A DNA stretch of 64,000 nucleotides. It comes from an uncultured Gemmatimonadales bacterium. Its GTDB lineage: Bacteria > Gemmatimonadota > Gemmatimonadetes > Gemmatimonadales > Gemmatimonadaceae. Position numbers and translations under genes: made by a program. Position 1 is the first letter of the stretch; each line of letters begins with the position of its first letter. This document shows, piece after piece, positions 59,204 to 64,000 of this stretch. The stretch lies in the NCBI GenBank assembly GCA_963701965.1, contig OY969695.1:3744001-3808000 (forward strand), in the 5' to 3' direction. The notes below the pieces were generated by a model. That model worked only from the letters and a program-made list of their open reading frames with translations, ran no database searches and had not been told where the DNA came from.

Positions 59204-60213
59204 TCGAGGAGTTCACCGGCCCTCCGGAAGAGTGGGATCAGTTCGTCCGCGGCGCCGACGGCTGGAGCCACTTTCATTTGTACGGCTGGCGCAGCGTCAT
59301 GGAGCGGGTCTTTCGCCATCGCTGTGTGTACCTGGCCGCCCGCGAAGGCGGCGCGCTGGTGGGCGTGCTTCCGCTCGTGCGTGTAAAGAGCGCGCTCTTC
59401 GGACACTACCTCGTGTCCATGCCGTTTCTGAACTACGGCGGCCCCCTCGGCAGTGAGGAGGCCGTCGTCGCCTTGGCGGCCCACGCCGAGGAGCGGGCGC
59501 GCGCGGATCGGGTCAAGCTGCTGGAGCTGAGGAGTCGGCGGCAGTTGCCTCTGCGACTGCCTGTGTCCACCCGGAAGGTCACCGTCGTGCTCGATCTGCC
59601 GGACGATCCCGAGCGGCTCTGGAAGCAGCTCGACGCCAAGGTCCGGAGCCAGGTGCGGCGTCCGCAGAAAGAGGGCGTCACGGTCAAGTTTGGCGCGGAC
59701 CAGCTCGGACCATTCTTCGACGTGTTCGCGCATCACATGCGCGACCTCGGCACGCCGACCCAGCCGCGGCGATTGTTCGAGGTGATCGCCGAGACGTTTC
59801 CCGAGGACGTCTGGTTCGGGTGTGCCTATCTGGGGTCGGAGGCGATCGCCTGCGGCTGCGGATTCCGCTGGGGGTCCGAGTACGAGATGACGTGGGCCTC
59901 GGCCCTGTCGGCGCACAAGAAGCTCTCGGCCAACATGCTGCTCTACTGGTCGTTCATGGAGCGCGCGATCAGCGAAAAGCTGACGTTGTTCAACTTCGGT
60001 CGGTGCACGCCCGAGGGCGGCACGCACAAGTTCAAGCGCCAGTGGGGCTCGCGGGACGAGCAGCTGTGGTGGTACGACTGGTCCGTCTCCGGGGACACGA
60101 AGACGCCATCGCCCGATGACGGCGCGTACGCCTGGGGACCGCGCCTCTGGCAGCGCATCCCGGTGCCCGTGGCGACCGTTCTCGGCCCCAGGATCGTCAA
60201 GTACATCCCGTAG
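59200..60213 (+). CDS. FemAB-related protein, XrtA/PEP-CTERM system
   Basis: GTGA overlap; GVLPLVRVKSALFG..SMPFLNYGG, HMRDLGTP, FNFGR, FKRQWG. Confidence 0.9.
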   Translation: MIEEFTGPPEEWDQFVRGADGWSHFHLYGWRSVMERVFRHRCVYLAAREGGALVGVLPLVRVKSALFGHYLVSMPFLNYGGPLGSEEAVVALAAHAEERARADRVKLLELRSRRQLPLRLPVSTRKVTVVLDLPDDPERLWKQLDAKVRSQVRRPQKEGVTVKFGADQLGPFFDVFAHHMRDLGTPTQPRRLFEVIAETFPEDVWFGCAYLGSEAIACGCGFRWGSEYEMTWASALSAHKKLSANMLLYWSFMERAISEKLTLFNFGRCTPEGGTHKFKRQWGSRDEQLWWYDWSVSGDTKTPSPDDGAYAWGPRLWQRIPVPVATVLGPRIVKYIP

Positions 60214-60245
60214 CGCTTCGGGGTGTGTTCGGCTACATTGAGGCT

Positions 60246-60623
60246 GTGCCCAAGACCTCCGTCGAGAGCGACGTGAGTGACTACGCCCCAGTCGCCGACC
60301 GCATCGCCCTCTTCTACGAGCGCTACCCCAGCGGCCGCATCGTGACCGATCTCGTCGCGCGCACCGAGCGCGACGTCGTGTTCAAGGCCAGCGTCTACCG
60401 CGTGCCCAATGAGCGCGAGCCCGCGGCTACCGGATGGGCCTCGGAGCGCGAAGGGGACGGCGAGATCAACGCGGTGGCCTGTCTCGAGAACACGGAGACA
60501 TCGGCCATCGGTCGCGCCCTGGCGAACCTCGGCTTCACCGCGTCGCGCGAGCGGGCGAGCGCGGAAGAGATGGCCAAGGCGGCGCGCCGGCGCGCGCACC
60601 TCGGGATGCGAGAGACCGGCTGA
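60246..60623 (+). CDS. Small protein resembling phage Rad52/Sak-type single-strand annealing proteins
   Basis: DYAPVADRI..F..YPSGRI.T, ATGWASE, LENTETSAIGRALANLG. Confidence 0.6.
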   Translation: MPKTSVESDVSDYAPVADRIALFYERYPSGRIVTDLVARTERDVVFKASVYRVPNEREPAATGWASEREGDGEINAVACLENTETSAIGRALANLGFTASRERASAEEMAKAARRRAHLGMRETG

Positions 60624-61716
60624 TGTGACCGAGTATGGTCCGGGCGATCACGGGCCAGCTATACCGGTCGATCATGAGCGCGCGGGCCCGGCGGCTGGCC
60701 TCCTTCCACGCTTCCGCGTCGCGCATCGTGCGCAGAATCGCCGCGGCGTATCCGTCAATGTCGCCGACGGGGACGGTCGTCCCGGCGCCGGTGCCCGCGG
60801 TCAGTTCTATCGCTCCGCCTTGAGCCAATGCGACCAGCGGCAACCCGGCGCTCATCGCCTCGACCAGCACGTGGGGCGACCGGTCGAACCAATGCGGCAG
60901 GAAGAACACGCGCGCGCGCCGGAAATGCGCCGCCAACGCCTCGCGATCGTACACGGGTCCGAGAAAACTCACGTTCGTCCTATCGCCCACGGGTAGTCCG
61001 CTCCCGTCGCGACCGATCACGACGAAGCGGATCGCCGGATCGACCTCCGCGACCCGCGCCGCGGTCGCCAGAAGAAAGTCGACGCCCTTTCGCCGGAAGT
61101 CGTTCGACACATGCAGCACGACGGACTCGCGTCCGGCGTCGGCAATGGTCTCTCCCGAAAGGTCGATGGCGCACGGGCCCCAACCCACGACGTGGACTTT
61201 GTCGGGCGCGACCGTGTGGGCCCCCAACGTCTGGGCCCGCGCCCATTCCGACATACAGAAGACGCCGCCGGCATCGCGATAGGTCGCCGCCTGCAGCGTG
61301 TGGGCGCGCACGCCGCGCGCCCGCAATGCGGGCCGCTCGCCGGGCAATGGTGCGAGAGAACGGCTCTGATCAATGTACGTGAAGAAAGGAATGCGCGGCG
61401 CCCCGCCGGCCGTCGGATGGAACCAACTGCCCCACATCAGCAGCGCATCCGGCCGCTGCGCCAGGGTGCGCAGACCGCGCTGCAGCACGCGGCGCCGCCG
61501 CCGTTGGATCAGCGGATGCATCTGATAGTTGCCCCACCACTCGGATCGCGGTTGGGCGTACGAGAGACAGGCCGCGCCCAGCTTGGTGATGGCGTCAATG
61601 TCGTCGAACGGCAGCTCGGCGATCACTTGCGTCTGCCGCGCCAGCTCATCGAACAGCGCCTTTTGGCGCGGCTCGTTCCCCGTGAGGCAGAGGGTCGGTG
61701 GCGCGGGATCGGTCAC
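60535..61716 (-). CDS. Glycosyltransferase family 4
   Basis: RKGVD, LVEAMSAGLP..GGAIE, RYSW. Confidence 0.85.
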   Translation of the reverse strand: MTDPAPPTLCLTGNEPRQKALFDELARQTQVIAELPFDDIDAITKLGAACLSYAQPRSEWWGNYQMHPLIQRRRRRVLQRGLRTLAQRPDALLMWGSWFHPTAGGAPRIPFFTYIDQSRSLAPLPGERPALRARGVRAHTLQAATYRDAGGVFCMSEWARAQTLGAHTVAPDKVHVVGWGPCAIDLSGETIADAGRESVVLHVSNDFRRKGVDFLLATAARVAEVDPAIRFVVIGRDGSGLPVGDRTNVSFLGPVYDREALAAHFRRARVFFLPHWFDRSPHVLVEAMSAGLPLVALAQGGAIELTAGTGAGTTVPVGDIDGYAAAILRTMRDAEAWKEASRRARALMIDRYSWPVIARTILGHISRSLASRGARAGAPPWPSLPRSPARATR

Positions 61717-61742
61717 GGGTCGAAAGATATTAGATTCTGGCC

Positions 61743-62972
61743 GTGCTCGGTCAATGGCAACCGCCTGTGTCGTCGCCTGTTACGGCGAGCGCGCTTGCGC
61801 GGGCCTTCGCCGGCGCGGTCGCCCGGCGGTCCGCGGCGTCCGCCGCCGTGCAGCGCATGCTCGCGACGAGTCTCGGGGGCACGTCCGTGGCGCTCACGGA
61901 CAGCGGGACCTCGGCCCTCGTGCTCGCGCTGCGATTGGCGGCGCGCGCGGACCGGTCGGTGGCTTTGCCCGCCTACGGGTGTGTGGATCTGCTCGCGGCG
62001 GCCGCATACGCGCAACTCCGGGTCCGTCTGTACGACGTGGATCCGGCGACGCTGAGCCCCGATCTCGAGAGCGTCCGGCGCGCGCTCGCGCGCGGCGCCG
62101 AGACAATAGTCGTGGCCCACTTCTATGGATATCCGGCCGACGTCCCCGGTGTGACGGCGCTCGCCGCCGACGCGGGGGCGGTGGTCATCGAGGATGCGGC
62201 GCAGCGGGCCGGGGGCGGGCTTGCCGGCGCACCCCTCGGAGCACTTGGGCCCTTGGTCGTGCTGAGTTTCGGGCGGGGCAAGGGGACGACCGGCGGGAAC
62301 GGCGGTGCCCTCCTGGCCCGCACGCCGGAGTGGAGCGGCGCCGTCGCCGAGTGGCAGGCACGGATAACCGGCGCACCGCCGGGCTGGGGCGATTGGGCGG
62401 CCGCAGCCGCCCAATGGGCAGCGGGACGCCCTGCACTATATGGTATCCCCGCGAGCATGCCCGGGCTTCACCTCGGCGAGACGATCTACACGAGCGCGCA
62501 CGAGCCGGAACGCCTCTCCCTCGCCGCGGCATCCCTGGTCGAACGGGCGCTCCGCGGCGTCGAGAGCGATCGGCAGCGTCGGGCCCAAACCGCCGACGCC
62601 CTGCGTATCGCGCTCGCGGACGCCCACGCCCTGCGGGTGATCCAGCCCATCCCATCGGGTGAGAGCGGCTTTCTCCGGTTGCCGGTGCTCGACACCGCCG
62701 GTCGCCGGGCCGCTCCGCGATTGGGCATCGTGCGAAGCTACCCGCGCCCGCTGGGCGAAGAGCCGGTGGCGGCCACCCTGCTCGCCCCGAACGAGCCGGC
62801 GAACCCGGGCGCCGGCGTCATCTGTGAGACGCTGTTCACGCTGCCGACCCACGCCTATGTGACCGAAACGGATCGTGAGCGAATTCTTGCCTGGTCACGC
62901 CCCGGTAAAGCTGACACTGGCTCGGTTCTTGATGATCGGGGATCGACCTCAAGAAGCGCGGCACAACTTTGA
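61743..62972 (+). CDS. DegT/DnrJ/EryC1/StrS PLP-dependent aminotransferase
   Basis: SGTSAL, PAYGC, HFYGYP, IEDAAQ, SFGRGK, LPTH. Confidence 0.88.
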   Translation: MLGQWQPPVSSPVTASALARAFAGAVARRSAASAAVQRMLATSLGGTSVALTDSGTSALVLALRLAARADRSVALPAYGCVDLLAAAAYAQLRVRLYDVDPATLSPDLESVRRALARGAETIVVAHFYGYPADVPGVTALAADAGAVVIEDAAQRAGGGLAGAPLGALGPLVVLSFGRGKGTTGGNGGALLARTPEWSGAVAEWQARITGAPPGWGDWAAAAAQWAAGRPALYGIPASMPGLHLGETIYTSAHEPERLSLAAASLVERALRGVESDRQRRAQTADALRIALADAHALRVIQPIPSGESGFLRLPVLDTAGRRAAPRLGIVRSYPRPLGEEPVAATLLAPNEPANPGAGVICETLFTLPTHAYVTETDRERILAWSRPGKADTGSVLDDRGSTSRSAAQL

Positions 62973-63091
62973 TATCGCGTCATGGTGACCGATACCATGA
63001 CGTAGTGTCCAAAGTTGCAGCTGGCGCGCGCCGGCCTGGTCCATTAATCTAGCCGGCGAAGGCAAGAACTCGCTCGCCCCTCGGGGCGCTG

Positions 63092-63188
63092 CGAAAAAGG
63101 CAAACCCGGCGAAAGCCGGCGACGCAAAGCTACGAGGCTACCGAGCGCCGCAAGTCATCGCGCCCTCCACGCCAGTCGAGCCGCCGAA
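63092..63188 (+). ncRNA. c-di-GMP-I (GEMM) riboswitch
   Basis: AAAAGGCAAACCCGGC-GAAA-GCCGGCGACGCAAAGCUAC..GCUA....GAGCCGCCGAA matches GEMM consensus. Confidence 0.85.
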
Positions 63189-63205
63189 CAGACGCAGGGG
63201 GGCGC

Positions 63206-64000
63206 ATGCGTTACCGGTTTCCGGTAGTCGTGCTGGCCTTGTGTGGTGCTATTGGGTGCACTGAGGGCAAAGTCCTCACTGACCCCGCGGCATCGACGGT
63301 GCCAGGTAGTCCCGATTCAACTCGCAGTGTCAGCGTCCTCGTCATCACCCCGTCCTCTGTGACGGGAGCGGTGGGGGCGACCGCGTCGTTAGCGGCATCG
63401 GCGCTCAACGCGAACGGTCAGGCCATGTCGGGCCAGACCTTCACCTGGGCGTCCACCAACACGCAAGTCGCGAGTGTCTCGGATTCCGGGAACGTGACGC
63501 TGATTGGCATCGGCAACACGAGCGTAAGCGTCTCGGCCGCTGGCCTCACCACAACCGTGCCCATCAAAGTGACCGCGGCCGCACCGGCACCGGTGGCGAC
63601 GGTCAGTGTATCACCAACATCAGTCTCACTGAACCCCGGTGGCTCGGCGCAGCTGAGCGCCTCGGCAACGGATGCTTCTGGTACAGCCGTCGCCGGCGCC
63701 ACCGTGGTGTGGTCCTCTTCGAACACGAGCGTTGCTACCGTGTCGGCGAGTGGAGCGATTTCGGCACTGGCCATCGGCGCCGCTGTTATTACGGCGACGA
63801 GCCAGGGGAAGAGCGGGACCGCGAACATCACGGTCGTCGCGGCGTCGCCTGCATCCATTGGCGCGGTCGCGGTGACACCAACGACCGCCACGGTCATTGT
63901 GGGCCGCACGACGCAGATGTCGGCGACGCTCAAAGACTCGGTCGGGAACGTGCTGGGTGGCCGCACCGTTACTTGGAGCAGTGCCAACACCGGGGTGGCG
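63206..64000 (+). CDS. Big_2 (Ig-like) repeat lipoprotein, runs off window (absent from ORF track)
   Basis: MRYRFPVVVLALCGAIGC; repeats TWASTNTQVASV, VWSSSNTSVATV, TWSSANTGVA; AGGGGGG RBS. Confidence 0.88.
   Translation, partial: MRYRFPVVVLALCGAIGCTEGKVLTDPAASTVPGSPDSTRSVSVLVITPSSVTGAVGATASLAASALNANGQAMSGQTFTWASTNTQVASVSDSGNVTLIGIGNTSVSVSAAGLTTTVPIKVTAAAPAPVATVSVSPTSVSLNPGGSAQLSASATDASGTAVAGATVVWSSSNTSVATVSASGAISALAIGAAVITATSQGKSGTANITVVAASPASIGAVAVTPTTATVIVGRTTQMSATLKDSVGNVLGGRTVTWSSANTGVA

Noticed and set aside
1..64000. CRISPR array, rRNA, tRNA, IS/transposase, integrase, prophage structural genes
   Set aside because: No regularly spaced repeats, RNA-gene signatures or recombinase/transposase motifs were seen by eye.

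Overview
High-GC bacterial chromosomal window. Gene content (M61-PDZ, kinase-TolB-TPR, Big_2 lipoproteins, RDD-SpoIIM, XrtA-type genes) suggests Gemmatimonadota; this is inference only. Left (1-13 kb): peptidases, an OPT transporter, FadL plus an SGNH lipoprotein, and an RDD-SpoIIM fusion. Middle (about 13-42.7 kb): a patchwork accessory region with small genes, gene remnants, two interleaved direct-repeat scars, a Ser/Thr kinase-lipoprotein pair and a single-chain R-M-S enzyme. Right: MoxR/DUF58 operon, acyl-CoA dehydrogenase, metH-yitJ-cbiX behind a SAM-II riboswitch with an intrinsic terminator, and an XrtA/PEP-CTERM-type polysaccharide locus ending in a c-di-GMP-I riboswitch ahead of an Ig-like lipoprotein. 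Best novelty candidate: a cytoplasmic TPR protein (15903-17363) converging on an unannotated 40-aa secreted lipo-propeptide (17389-17511, MSFIARIIIVASAITLAACASPSAPTHACGGGVTGGSNNC), resembling an RRNPP-type peptide signalling pair in a diderm. Several +1 frameshifts, including one in metH, are probably sequencing errors. All family calls come from motif recognition by eye; no searches were run.
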